DNA of 63,911 nt, filler included, from Octopus bimaculoides (taxonomy: Eukaryota), in NCBI RefSeq assembly GCF_001194135.2. It is 8 parts of 7 records of this genome, joined end to end, with 100 filler letters (N's around TTAATTAATTAA, not from the genome) between each part and the next. Parts side by side here need not be neighbours in the genome. Positions count along the whole stretch, not along the records: positions 20,138 to 31,396 come from NC_068983.1; positions 31,497 to 42,250 come from NC_068983.1; 6 more parts are not named here. The stretch is one strand, 5' to 3'. Positions 25,880-37,110 of the stretch are shown one piece after another (positions within the stretch are counted from its first letter, which is position 1; each line of letters opens with the position of its first letter). Below the pieces are notes generated by a model. The model saw only the letters and a program-made list of their open reading frames with translations. It did no database searches and was not told the origin of the DNA. The position numbers were made by a program, and so were the translations under genes.

Positions 25880-26950
25880 AGGAAGGAACTAGTTTCCAAC
25901 AAAGAAACAAATCCCCATCGCTGGAATTTGGTAAAAAAACAACGATTACTGTTCCTTTTCTGATCTTTAAGAATGGTTGAGTGACTCTCTTTGGTTGCAT
26001 CTTTGAAGTGTAAGGGTTTCGTTGTTCCGTTTGTCCATAAGGTACATTATTGTAATTGTCTCATCTTGGCCTGCACAAAGCTCAACCTACGAGATGTGGC
26101 GTGATGTAACGGTCACGAATGCAAGAAAGGCTACACTTCATGTCAATATTATCATCCTTCCCAGCCTTACAGGAAACATAGCCATGGATCATTTTGTTTG
26201 TGGTTAGCAGAGGGTTTCTCTCCCAAAACTTTGCTGTGCTGTGCTAGTTCTGCACTTCTGGGTTTCCATTAGAGGACATCAGGGAGTGAAGGATTCTTGA
26301 AGAGTTCAATCTGACCTGCAGGATGTTATTTACTTTGTTTTTGAATACTTCCTTGGTGTATTTATCTCGGTTGCTGTTGTCTAACAGATGTTGCCTGAGT
26401 GTTATCCCACGACACTCAAACAATGTCTGCACTGACTTTAAGCCTTCCACTCTCTCTTTTCTTTTGCCGCAGAGTCTACCAATATCACTGGAGGCGCAAT
26501 GGCCCAGTGGTTAGGGCAGCGGACTCGCGGTCGTAGGATCGCGGTTTCGATTCCCAGACCGGGAGTTGTGAGTGTTTATTGAGCGAAAACACCTAAAGCT
26601 CCACGAGGCTCCGGTGGGGGCTGGTGGTAAACCCTACTGTACTCTTTCACCACAACTTTATCTCACTCTTTCTTCCTGTTTCTGTTGTACCTGTATTTCA
26701 AAGGGCCAGCCTTGTCACACTGTGTCACGCTGAATCTCCCTAAGAACTACATTAAGGGTACACGTGTCTCTGGAGTGCTCAGCCACTTACACGTTAATTT
26801 CTCGAGCAAGCTGTTCCGTTGATCGGATCAACTGGGACCCTCGTCGCCGTAACTGACGGAGTGCCACCAATATCACTGTCTTTGTTGAAGTCTGCAATTG
26901 ATTCTAGAATCTGGCAGGTTTTAACGTCAATGGAGTGGATTTTATTATGC
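25880..26950 (-). mobile_element. Dong/R4 LINE RT-thumb region remnant, split by a SINE
   Basis: Removing the SINE rejoins IDVKTCQIL...DSDIGRLCGKRKERVEGLKSVQTLFECR, resembling SDIDRLYxxRKEGGRGLxS. Confidence 0.75.
26490..26865 (+). mobile_element. tRNA-derived SINE (OR-like family), full length with TSD
   Basis: Head GGAGGCGCAATGGCCCAGTGGTTAGGGC...GGTTTCGATTCC; 12-bp TSD ACCAATATCACT at 26478-26489 and 26866-26877. Confidence 0.92.
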
Positions 26951-27289
26951 CGCACACACACATACACACATATTATATTATATTATATAGTTATGTATAT
27001 AGATACATACATACATACATACATGCATACGTACATACATACATAACATACATACATACATACATACATACATACGTACGTACATACATACATACATGCA
27101 TACATACAAACATACATAGATACATACATACAAACATATACATACATACATACATACATACATACACACATACGCACGTCGTCCTAGCGCTTTCGTAGAA
27201 GACACCAGCTCACTGTGTGGCTCAGTGAGATTGAACGCAAGACTTCGTGGTTTGCGAAACGAACTTCTTAACCACACAGCCAAGTCATA

Positions 27290-28150
27290 AGATGTTCAGC
27301 TTGTTTGTTCTTTGTCTCGGAGTATCTCCAAAGCCCTTTCATATTGCTCTTTGAATGGATATCTCTCAAAAAGTTTCCGTATGAACCATTCCAATGCTGA
27401 ATTTGTCCGCGTGTTTCTTAATGGTTATGTATCAGATTCCGTTTCATTTGCTAAAAACACTCTCAGTTTTTTCCTTAATTGTCTATATTTATGCGAGAAA
27501 CTTCAATATTTGTTTATAATTTTTAATTTTATTTTAGCGAAGACTTGTGTTGAACTATAAATGTACAACAGACCTATACGTCTGGAAGTTTTTAAGATTG
27601 TGGGTGAAGAAAAAAAAACCACGAGGTCTTTAAAAACTCACTAGCAACTAAGTTTCAAACGGTTGCATGGAGTTGTGTCAGTGGCCCAGTCGCAACGTTT
27701 ACGATTAAAGTTTTCACATTTCACAAAACAACAACAATAATAATAATCATTTCTAATATAGTCACAAAGCCTGAAATTTGGAAGAAAAGTGAGCCGAAGG
27801 TGCCACGTAGTGGGGCTAAACCCGGAACCATGTGGTTGAAAGGCAAACTTCTTACCACACAACCATGCCTGCGCCTAAAAATATTCTCGAGATGGAGGGG
27901 ATCGAACCTGGGACCTTTCACAAATGGGAAAAAGTGTGAAATTCTTTTTTAATGTCTTAACAGAAGCGTGTGAGTTAGCAGCTTTCTCGCTTTCTGAAAA
28001 GATAATATTTTGTTTTTTTCTCTTGGCCAAGTAAGTCTTTTCTATTTCTCACGGTTTTTAAGCTCTGTTCAGTCTCAGTTTCTTAGAACGGAGGTTTATG
28101 GTTTGTCTCTTTAGTCAAGTGTGAGATCTTTCTCAGCATTTTATAATATT
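27290..28150 (-). mobile_element. Probable N-terminal Dong/R4 fragments interleaved with a SINE head (27795-27875)
   Basis: Weak: LTWPREKNKIL resembles the R4 WTREEN motif; collinear with 25880-26950. Confidence 0.35.
27887..27926 (-). pseudogene. tRNA(Ala)-like 3'-half fragment
   Basis: AGGTCCCAGGTTCGATCCCCTCCATCTCGA resembles the T-arm and acceptor of tRNA-Ala (AGGTCCCGGGTTCGATCCCCGGCATCTCCA); no 5' half. Confidence 0.35.
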
Positions 28151-28487
28151 ATGGTTTGAGAAAGACGAATGCCTTATTTCACTGATGTGCACACGTCTCT
28201 ACTTTCTGTGTTGATAGCCTCTCATTGTTATCAATGCACATGTTTAACTCAGAGAAATATGGAGAGGTCGTGGGTGGCGTGAATTAGTACTTAAATTTCC
28301 ATATTATTTATAAGTGAACTTCGACGATTCAGATATTTCAAAGACCCTTCTATTTTAAGGTCGCCCAGCAAGATTATATTAGTGCAAGTGTAGGGTCTGA
28401 GAATAAACCAGTTATGAAACTGCGCTGGAAGTCAACAAGACCTCCTCACCATGTTGTCTTCTCTCTCCTTCTCTCTCTCTCTTTCTC

Positions 28488-28542
<55 letters not shown>

Positions 28543-28959
28543 NNNNNNNNNNNNNNNNNNNNNNNNNNNNNNNNNNNNNNNNNNNNNNNNNNNNNNNNNN
28601 NNNNNNNNNNNNNNNNNNNNNNNNNNNNNNNNNNNNNNNNNNNNNNNNNNNNNNNNNNNNNNNNNNNNNNNNNNNNNNNNNNNNNNNNNNNNNNNNNNNN
28701 NNNNNNNNNNNNNNNNNNNNNNNNNNNNNNNNNNNNNNNNNNNNNNNNNNNNNNNNNNNNNNNNNNNNNNNNNNNNNNNNNNNNNNNNNNNNNNNNNNNN
28801 NNNNNNNNNNNNNNNNNNNNNNNNNNNNNNNNNNNNNNNNNNNNNNNNNNNNNNNNNNNNNNNNNNNNNNNNNNNNNNNNGGCTTTACAACAAATCTATT
28901 CTCCTGCAACGAAACACAATAACGATTAGCGTATTCACATTCAAATCTGCCGGAATGTG

Positions 28960-29150
28960 TTATGAATAAATCTCCGAGTCATCGTTCTGATCTTTGCTGC
29001 CTGCCCTGCATGCGACGGTTCATTATCGGTTGGCAGACATCAGCACAGTTCAGCAAACAGCTTGTTTGTTGAATCCGATAAATAAGGGCTTTGAACTCTA
29101 GTTAGTCCACGCTGATGAGATACAACGATGTCAAGACACCGGGTGTGCCA
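28960..29150 (+). mobile_element. Penelope-like GIY-YIG fragment followed by a decayed hammerhead
   Basis: LIFAACPACDGS, frameshift, then IGWQTS; CTGATGA at 29112 with a mutated GAAAC. Confidence 0.4.
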
Positions 29151-29174
29151 GAGTCCCTTGTGGTAATGAATCAC

Positions 29175-29400
29175 GTGTTTTACTTGTTTCAGTCATTAGA
29201 CTGCAGCCATGCTGGGGCACCGCCTTAAAAGGTTTAGTCAAACAAAATCGATCCGCGTACTTATTTTTTAAGCCTCATACTTATTCTATCAACCTCTTTT
29301 TCTCAAACAGCTAAGTTAGGAGGATAAACAAACCAAGCACTAATGGGAGACAAATTCAAACACAAAGACACACACACACACATAGAGCAGGCACAATGTG
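29175..29400 (-). mobile_element. Meta/MESC-like SINE 3' part
   Basis: GCCATGCTGGGGCACCGCCTT...TACTTATTCTATC. Confidence 0.75.
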
Positions 29401-30304
29401 GTTAATTAATTTTTTCTCCTCCTTCTCTACTTATCCTGTGGTCACTGCATTTTCATCGATAATATTATTCTGCTTGTTCCCGCAGTCTTCTTATTTTTCC
29501 TGTGTTAATAACTTGAATGGAGAAAAATATGAAATGAAAATGAAAGTGAAAGTAGGGAGTCAAAGAGAGAAACAGATAATAGGATCAGCGAAAAAAAAAT
29601 GAAAGAGAATACACAAGGATAGGTCGTTCGGAGTTTTCTTTCATCAGTCGAGATCCAGATTATCTTTGCAATTTTGGCTGGTTATTCTCGATATTGCTCC
29701 AATCTGACCAACTCCAAGGAAAAACTAAGCTAAGAGCATTAGATTCCTTAGAAGAAAGCAGCAAATGTANNNNNNNNNNNNNNNNNNNNNNNNNNNNNNN
29801 NNNNNNNNNNNNNNNNNNNNNNNNNNNNNNNNNNNNNNNNNNNNNNNNNNNNNNNNNNNNNNNNNNNNNNNNNNNNNNNNNNNNNNNNNNNNNNNNNNNN
29901 NNNNNNNNNNNNNNNNNNNNNNNNNNNNNNNNNNNNNNNNNNNNNNNNNNNNNNNNNNNNNNNNNNNNNNNNNNNNNNNNNNNNNNNNNNNNNNNNNNNN
30001 NNNNNNNNNNNNNNNNNNNNNNNNNNNNNNNNNNNNNNNNNNNNNNNNNNNNNNNNNNNNNNNNNNNNNNNNNNNNNNNNNNNNNNNNNNNNNNNNNNNN
30101 NNNNNNNNNNNNNNNNNNNNNNNNNNNNNNNNNNNNNNNNNNNNNNNNNNNNNNNNNNNNNNNNNNNNNNNNNNNNNNNNNNNNNNNNNNNNNNNNNNNN
30201 NNNNNNNNNNNNNNNNNNNNNNNNNNNNNNNNNNNNNNNNNNNNNNNNNNNNNNNNNNNNNNNNNNNNNNNNNCGTATGCATGCATGCACATATACATTT
30301 ACGT

Positions 30305-30560
30305 ACATTCTTTTATTCTTTTACTTGTTTCAATCAGTTGACTGCGGCCATGCTGGAGCACCGCCTTTAGTCGAACAAATCCACCCCAGGACTTATTCTT
30401 TCTAAGCCTAGTACTTATTCTATCGGTCTCTTTTGCCTTTCATCCTTTCAGGGTCGATAAATTAAGTACCAGTGAAACACTGGGGTCGATGTAATCAACT
30501 AGTCCCTCCCCTGCCCCCAAAATTTCAGGCCTTGTGCCTTTAATAGAAAGGATTATTTTC
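30305..30560. mobile_element. Junction of a Meta-like SINE tail (-) with a Nin-like SINE 3' half (+)
   Basis: TATCGGTCTCTTTTGCC runs directly into TTTCATCCTTTCAGGGTCGATAAATTAAGTACC. Confidence 0.75.
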
Positions 30561-31192
30561 TATTACAATTCAACGACTGGCAGTTGGTCAGCCGAGTTTA
30601 GTGTGGTCACTCTCCTCCTCCTCCTCCTCCTCTTTAACCCACCGCTACCACCACCAACAACAGCGTTGTCAGTTACTTTAACACTAAAACATCCCATAAT
30701 CAGCCGTAGATTAACACACATACACATACACACACACACACGCACTACTACCACTAGCGCTATCTCCACCACTTACATCCCACCTTTAACAGGAACCAGT
30801 AAGCAATCTCTGAATAGTCAATCCAGCTGCTAGAAATAGCTGCCCAACCACCCTCAAATCAACCCCCCCCCTCTTGGACATTGGTCATGATGGTCACGGC
30901 TAGAGTGCTTATGATGATAGACTCACAAGTTCAACATTGACTTGGGGGCTGCACAACAACAATCAGCGAACCAATGCAGTGGGGGTGGGGTGGAGATGAT
31001 GTCTCTAAGTGGTTACATAAAATGCTAGAAATGACAGCCCAATCTCTTAAATGACGCTCAACCGACTTTAAAAAACGTATCGCTTCTTATATTAAGATTA
31101 TGTCGACCGAGAGAAGCTGCTTGAGACGTACAAGGGGATGGTCTCGGTTGGATTGCTTCTGACACGAGATTAAACACCGTCTATTACGACTT

Positions 31193-31232
<40 letters not shown>

Positions 31233-31539
31233 CACTACCACCACCACCACCACCACCATCACAACTACTACTACTACTACTATTATTATTGCTGCCGATG
31301 CTGTTGCTGCTGCTACTATAACTGCTACTACTACAACCACTTCAATTAAATAATAATGATTAATAATAATAATAATAATAATTATAATAATAATAANNNN
31401 NNNNNNNNNNNNNNNNNNNNNNNNNNNNNNNNNNNNNNNNTTAATTAATTAANNNNNNNNNNNNNNNNNNNNNNNNNNNNNNNNNNNNNNNNNNNNTCCC
31501 ACCAAAAAGATAGCAACACCTTACACGGGTGAAGACCTT

Positions 31540-31870
31540 TAACCTAGGGTGCTGGTGTTTCCCCTTTCCCTACCCACTGTCTTCAGTGCTTGACATTTTT
31601 ATAGAGAACCCATTGATGAGACAGCAAAGAAGAGGGCACATTCACTCTGCATGCAATTAGACTCAGAGAGTCTGTGAGGAATCCACTGACCCAATTTGCT
31701 GACTTTTCTGATGGCATGCAGGTTGAATGACCAAATCCAAGCTTCTCTGCTAGTTCCTCAACAGTTACGATGGGATTTTGTTCCACCAGGGTTTGTAGGT
31801 TGTCCTCATTGAGCTCTACAGATCTTCCAAGGTGAGACTTGTCTTCTAGGCTTGGAATCAAAACTTGCAC
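31540..31870 (-). mobile_element. Mariner transposase fragment (HTH region)
   Basis: SHLGRSVELNEDNLQTLVEQNPIVTVEELAEKLGFGHST followed by degenerate WVxxxL (WVSGFL). Confidence 0.8.
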
Positions 31871-32360
31871 TAAGAATAAGGACAAGGTAAAATTACTACC
31901 TGTTTTATAGCAAGTTGATGCAGGTAGTTTATCCCGTCCCCTCCGACTTTTAGTTCAGGCAATTGAAAAAACTGCATTATTTATGGGATGACCCCGTAGA
32001 CTAATAAGACATTGTGAGTGAGAAGGGTCAATTGTCTCAACAACCACAACTGGATGATATGGGGAACAAGATACCACTGGGTGGGAGAGGGGGGAATAAA
32101 CAGATATATTCAGAGGGGGGAGGAGAAAGTATGTAACTTAGTGATTCAGGCCAAGATTGACATGACAGAAGAGGGGTACACACGTGCACGGGTACACACA
32201 GAGGGTGCCTGCAGACAGTGAGAGAGAGCCAGCCAAAGCCAAGCCCTGTCGGTGTGAGCAAGGAAAAAGGAGGGGGGGAAGGCAGAGAGAGGGTTTATGT
32301 TAGAAGAGAGTGAAAAAGACTGCATCCTTCAGCAAGTTTTTGACAAACATTAACACAAAT

Positions 32361-32385
32361 ATGCCAAGACACCCTGGTCAACGTG
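32361..32385 (+). CDS. Candidate first coding exon MPRHPGQR (unknown gene)
   Basis: ACACAAAT-ATG context, consensus donor GTG|GTGAGT, unique GA-rich upstream region with CACGTG at 32181; no downstream partner identified. Confidence 0.3.
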
Positions 32386-32949
32386 GTGAGTGAGAAAAGC
32401 AGCAGCAGAGTCCATGTACTTTTTCAACAACAACAACAAAAAAGAAAGAAAGAAAAAATCAAACAAAAAGTTTTGGGCTTAACACACATATATATATATA
32501 TATATAAAACAATTTCTGTCTGACACAAAAAAGGAAAGAAAAACCCCCCCATTTTTCATGATTTTTACTGTTGTCATTAATGTTTTGTCTGCACAGACTT
32601 TCTAATTAGTCCTGCTATTGTTTCTAACACCACTGCCAACAGCAGCCACCAATCACCACCACCACCATCCTCATCATCTTTACCACCAATGTCTGTGTTT
32701 AATATTTGCTGTAATTACTGTTGTTGTCATTAGAATTTTAAATGTTGTCATTGTTATCATCCTAGATCTCACCATTTAACATTATATAGTTAACCCAATT
32801 ACCACATTATTATTAGCATTATCATCATCATCTGCAGTCGTAGTAGTAGTAGTAGTAGTACATAAGACCATGTTGGCTGGATTTTAGTGTTCTATTATTA
32901 TTTCCCAGCAAACATCTGCTAAATTTAGTTTATTTGGAAAAAGAACCTT

Positions 32950-32984
<35 letters not shown>

Positions 32985-34110
32985 GATTTCACATGTACAA
33001 CAACCATCTCTGATAAAAAGCACTTCATTACACAAACCCTTATTTTCTTCATTTTATGCCAGTTTCTCCCTTCTTGCATGGGTCAAACAAATATAGGAAC
33101 GAAGCCCTTCCTGTCTCTTTCATATAAGGGGTCACTTTTTGTAGAAGTCATCACAGAAGTCAAGAAAGACCCACACAATGATCTTGTTTCAATTTTTGCT
33201 TTTTATCTAATTCACTGCCAGGGCTTCTGTTGGCCCAAACCCCTAACCCTAACCCCTCACTAGATCAACCTGAAGCCTTGTGGTGAGGAAGCAAACTTCT
33301 CAACCACACAGTCATGCCTGTTCCTTTAGTACAAGTGTGGGTGTATGAGGTAGTTTTGGTGAAGCATTGTGTGAAAGCCAGAATAGTGCAAGAAGGGACC
33401 AAGTAGAAAAGGAGAAAGAAAGCAGAGCAAAGTTGCAGTTTTACCTGGTGTTTCTCTGTTTCAGAGTGAAGACTTCCTTCTTCAGAACATTTGGCAAAAA
33501 GCAGTAGTTGGGAAAGGCTGTTGCCCCACAGACACAACCCTTCCAACTACTGCTTCTGCCANNNNNNNNNNNNNNNNNNNNNNNNNNNNNNNNNNNNNNN
33601 NNNNNNNNNNNNNNNNNNNNNNNNNNNNNNNNNNNNNNNNNNNNNNNNNNNNNNNNNNNNNNNNNNNNNNNNNNNNNNNNNNNNNNNNNNNNNNNNNNNN
33701 NNNNNNNNNNNNNNNNNNNNNNNNNNNNNNNNNNNNNNNNNNNNNNNNNNNNNNNNNNNNNNNNNNNNNAAATATTAAACTGAAACTTTGTTCTGTTTTC
33801 TTTTTCTTCTTTGTACTTTCACACACTTCCAGCTGTACACAACTACATTCTTATTTACACACACACACACACAGAGTAATCCCTCGACTATCAGAGGTGT
33901 TATGTTCCCAAACCCACCACAATAGGTGAAAATCCGTGAAGTAGAAACAGTACTGTATATTTTTTGTTATTATTTCTATAATTTGTATATATTTATTTTA
34001 TTATAAATGCAAAAAAAAAAAACAGCACAGAGAAATCAACAGACGCTTGAATAATGAACTGTGACAGGTGAAGCGTGATATGGCAAGGTTATTACTGTAT
34101 AAATAGTAAT

Positions 34111-34460
34111 CATCATCGTCATTATAGTTTAACGTCCCTTTTCCATGCTAGCATGGGTTGGACGGTTCGACTGGCATCTGGGAAGCCAGGAGGCTGCACC
34201 AGACACCAATCTGATCTGGCAGTGTTTCTACGGTTGGATGCCCTTCCTAATGCCAACCACTCCGAGAGTGTAATGGGTGCTTTTAACGTGCTACTGGCAC
34301 AGAGGCCAGAGGAGCTGACATCGACCACGTTTGGATGGTGCTTTTTATGTGTACCAGCACAGGGATCACAACTACAATTTCCATTTGATTTGATTTTAAT
34401 ATTGCTGATCTTGATGTACTTGACTCAATAGGCCTCCTCAAGCATGGCATGTTGCCCCAC
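34111..34460 (-). mobile_element. RTE-related 3' end
   Basis: TTTAACGTCCCTTTTCCATGCTAGCATGGGTTGGACGG...GGATGCCCTTCCTAATGCCAACCAC. Confidence 0.7.
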
Positions 34461-34506
34461 AATCCAACGTACTTTTGAGTGGGCTAGTTATGTGACACTA
34501 TATATA

Positions 34507-34562
<56 letters not shown>

Positions 34563-34662
34563 NNNNNNNNNNTTAAATTTTCATGTGTTTCAGCACATGA
34601 TCCCAGGTCAGGTCACTTGCTATGCAAGTACATCTCTGTAATATATATATATATATATATAT

Positions 34663-34745
34663 ATACAGGGGTTGGACAAAATAATGGAAACAGCTCGCAC
34701 CATGATTTTGAAATATCTATAAAACCATCAACAGCTTGTTTATTT
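34663..34745 (+). mobile_element. Tc1-like terminal inverted repeat fragment
   Basis: TA+CAGGGGTTGGACAAAATAATGGAAAC next to (TA)n; no matching right end seen. Confidence 0.55.
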
Positions 34746-35599
34746 TTATGTTTTTTTATTTATTATTAGGGTTGCTAATTACCAAAATATGAGCAAATCA
34801 ACTAATTTATCAGACAAATCCATAAATATTTATTGTTTAAAATATTGTGGTTAACCAGTATTCCTTTTATCTCTGGATTTGGTACCATGCAGGAATTATG
34901 GAGATGGATGCAAAAAACGTGAACCTCTTCATAAATTAACAGATATGTAATTATCACTTGTCTATTCAGGCCAACTAATTATTTTGTCATTTTCCTTTCA
35001 TGTCTACAACACACACACACACACAATCTATTCCAAAAAAGAACATCACAAAATGATACCAGTCATTTCTAATTATTGCAATAAGTGGTGGTGGTCATTA
35101 TCAAAGTCATTATTATCATTATTATTATTAGTTATATGGTTTCAGGTTAGATTATATTGGGTGTATTTAATTGATAGTATATGTGCTTAATTTACCTCAA
35201 ACCCTTAAAAAGAAAAACTAAAAAAAAAAAAGAAAACAACCCATAGTAAGATAATTATTTTCAACATTGCCACCCCTGCCTCATCTCCCCTATCACTACA
35301 ACCTCCTCAACTTTTACAAATACAAAAATACTTAATTGCTTCCCCCCCCCCCGTTGTTTCTTAAAGGTTAAATTTACTGCCAATTTGCATCCTTTCTTTT
35401 TTCTTCTCTTTTCATGGAAATATTTTTTTATTTGATGACAAAAATTGTTTTGTATGTAATACACTAAGGTCTCACATGTTTTAATAAAGGGAAGTTTTTT
35501 TTTATTAATTACATGGATAATTTTACTTGGTTGGATTTTATTGACTCACTATTCTTAAAATATGTGTAACCCTGGTGTATTTCTGTTCTGTAGAGCAAT

Positions 35600-36060
35600 A
35601 GGTGCAGGCCTGGTTTTGTGGTTAGGCCTGGTCAACTCAAATTACATTGTGGGCCACTTAAATCACAGAATTCTTTTTGAGGGCTGCTTGTATACTGACT
35701 GAATTTAAAGCATTTTGCTTTCTCATGCTATTATTACAATAATGAATGAATGATCATTGATTCAACATGAAATATTATCGTTGCAAAAACAGTGGTATCT
35801 TTCTTTTTTACTTTCCGTTACAAATCTTTTTGATAAAAAATTTTAACAATGTTTGTTTGAATAAACCCATTTCAAGAAAGTATAAAGTGGGCCACAAGAT
35901 AAAAGTCTGTGGGCCGTGAGCCTCAGGTTGGCCAGCTCTGGTTAAGAAATTCCTAATCTTGTTTCAGACTTTGGCCAAATGTCTTCTACTCTAGCCACAG
36001 GTCAACCAAAGCCTTGTCACTGCATTTGGTAGATGGAAACTGGAAAAAGCCAACTGTGTG
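35600..36060 (+). mobile_element. Meta-like SINE split by a hAT-like MITE (~35621-35935)
   Basis: TAGGCCTGGTCAAC ... GTTGGCCAGCTCTG imperfect TIRs; the SINE resumes afterwards; TSD unclear. Confidence 0.5.
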
Positions 36061-36196
36061 TGTGTGTGTGCATCATATTTATTTAGGTAATCATTTATAG
36101 AATAATTAATATAATGACATGAAGCTGAAAACTCAGCAACTTGCAACTGTTACTGCTACACAAAACTGATGTAAATTGTAATTAAAGCCTCTACAA

Positions 36197-36241
<45 letters not shown>

Positions 36242-36949
36242 CTCAATTCCAGTTTCAAAAAAAAAAACTACACATCCATGTGATTTGCTTATCTCATTGT
36301 GTTATAGTTGTAAATCTGTCTTGCTTCCATATTTTGAATCTTCTGTGAAAGCATGTCTGGCCACAAGTAAATATTTAGTTTGCTTGGACAGAGGTAAGTG
36401 TTGGCAACAGGAAGGACAGCTGCCTCAATAAAGTCCACCTAATCCCTGCAATCATGGTAAAATGGACAGCCAAACGATGAGGATGAGATATTTTGAGTAA
36501 AATGGGTTAATTGGATCTATGTTTGACCTAAACTCTTTACTCTCTGCTGAGATCCTAAGAAACAGTTCTGTAAAGACACACATTAAAGAATTTTAGTGAA
36601 ATGGCTTTGTTACCAATTGTTTACAACTGAAATACGTCAACGTTACCTGATAAACCTATAGCAGTGTCACAGATTATCAGAGAAAAGGATTTGATAGAGA
36701 TTACTTGATAAAATGGTTTTGGCTTCTTCTAACGTCTGGTTTGCCAGGCCTGCCAGAGTTGTATGGAAGCAATGGAGGTAGATTCCCATCAGATGGACAG
36801 ATGCCTTCATCAGTTCCCTATCCTCATGGCTGGGCATGTCACAAAACATTGGAAAGGATTAACTGTGTATATGAGAGTGATAACCATTTAATGTCAAAAT
36901 GAAACACAAACTCACTCCCACCCCACCCCACTACATATGTCTATTCAAC

Positions 36950-37110
36950 CTCCGTTTTAACATCCACTTTTCCATGGTTGCATGGATGAGACAGAATTTG
37001 CTGAGGCAGATAATCTACAGCTGGATGCCCTTCCTGTCACTAACCTTCACCTAACATTTCCCCCATGGCCAGACACATTTTCACTGAAGATTGTAAATGA
37101 CTGACATGAC
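36950..37110 (-). mobile_element. RTE-related 3' tail fragment
   Basis: TTTAACATCCACTTTTCCATGG...CAGCTGGATGCCCTTCCTGTC. Confidence 0.55.

Noticed and set aside
26490-26560. tRNA-like heads of SINEs
   Set aside because: Continuous with SINE bodies and TSDs; no complete cloverleaf, so not tRNA genes
29112-29150. Hammerhead at the end of a PLE fragment
   Set aside because: GAAAC is mutated to AAGAC and the cleavage triplet is GUG; a non-functional relic
33241-33256. Telomere-like (CCCTAA)2
   Set aside because: Too short; lies at a SINE edge
33346-33366. let-7-like TGAGGTAGT
   Set aside because: Only 9 nt match and there is no precursor hairpin
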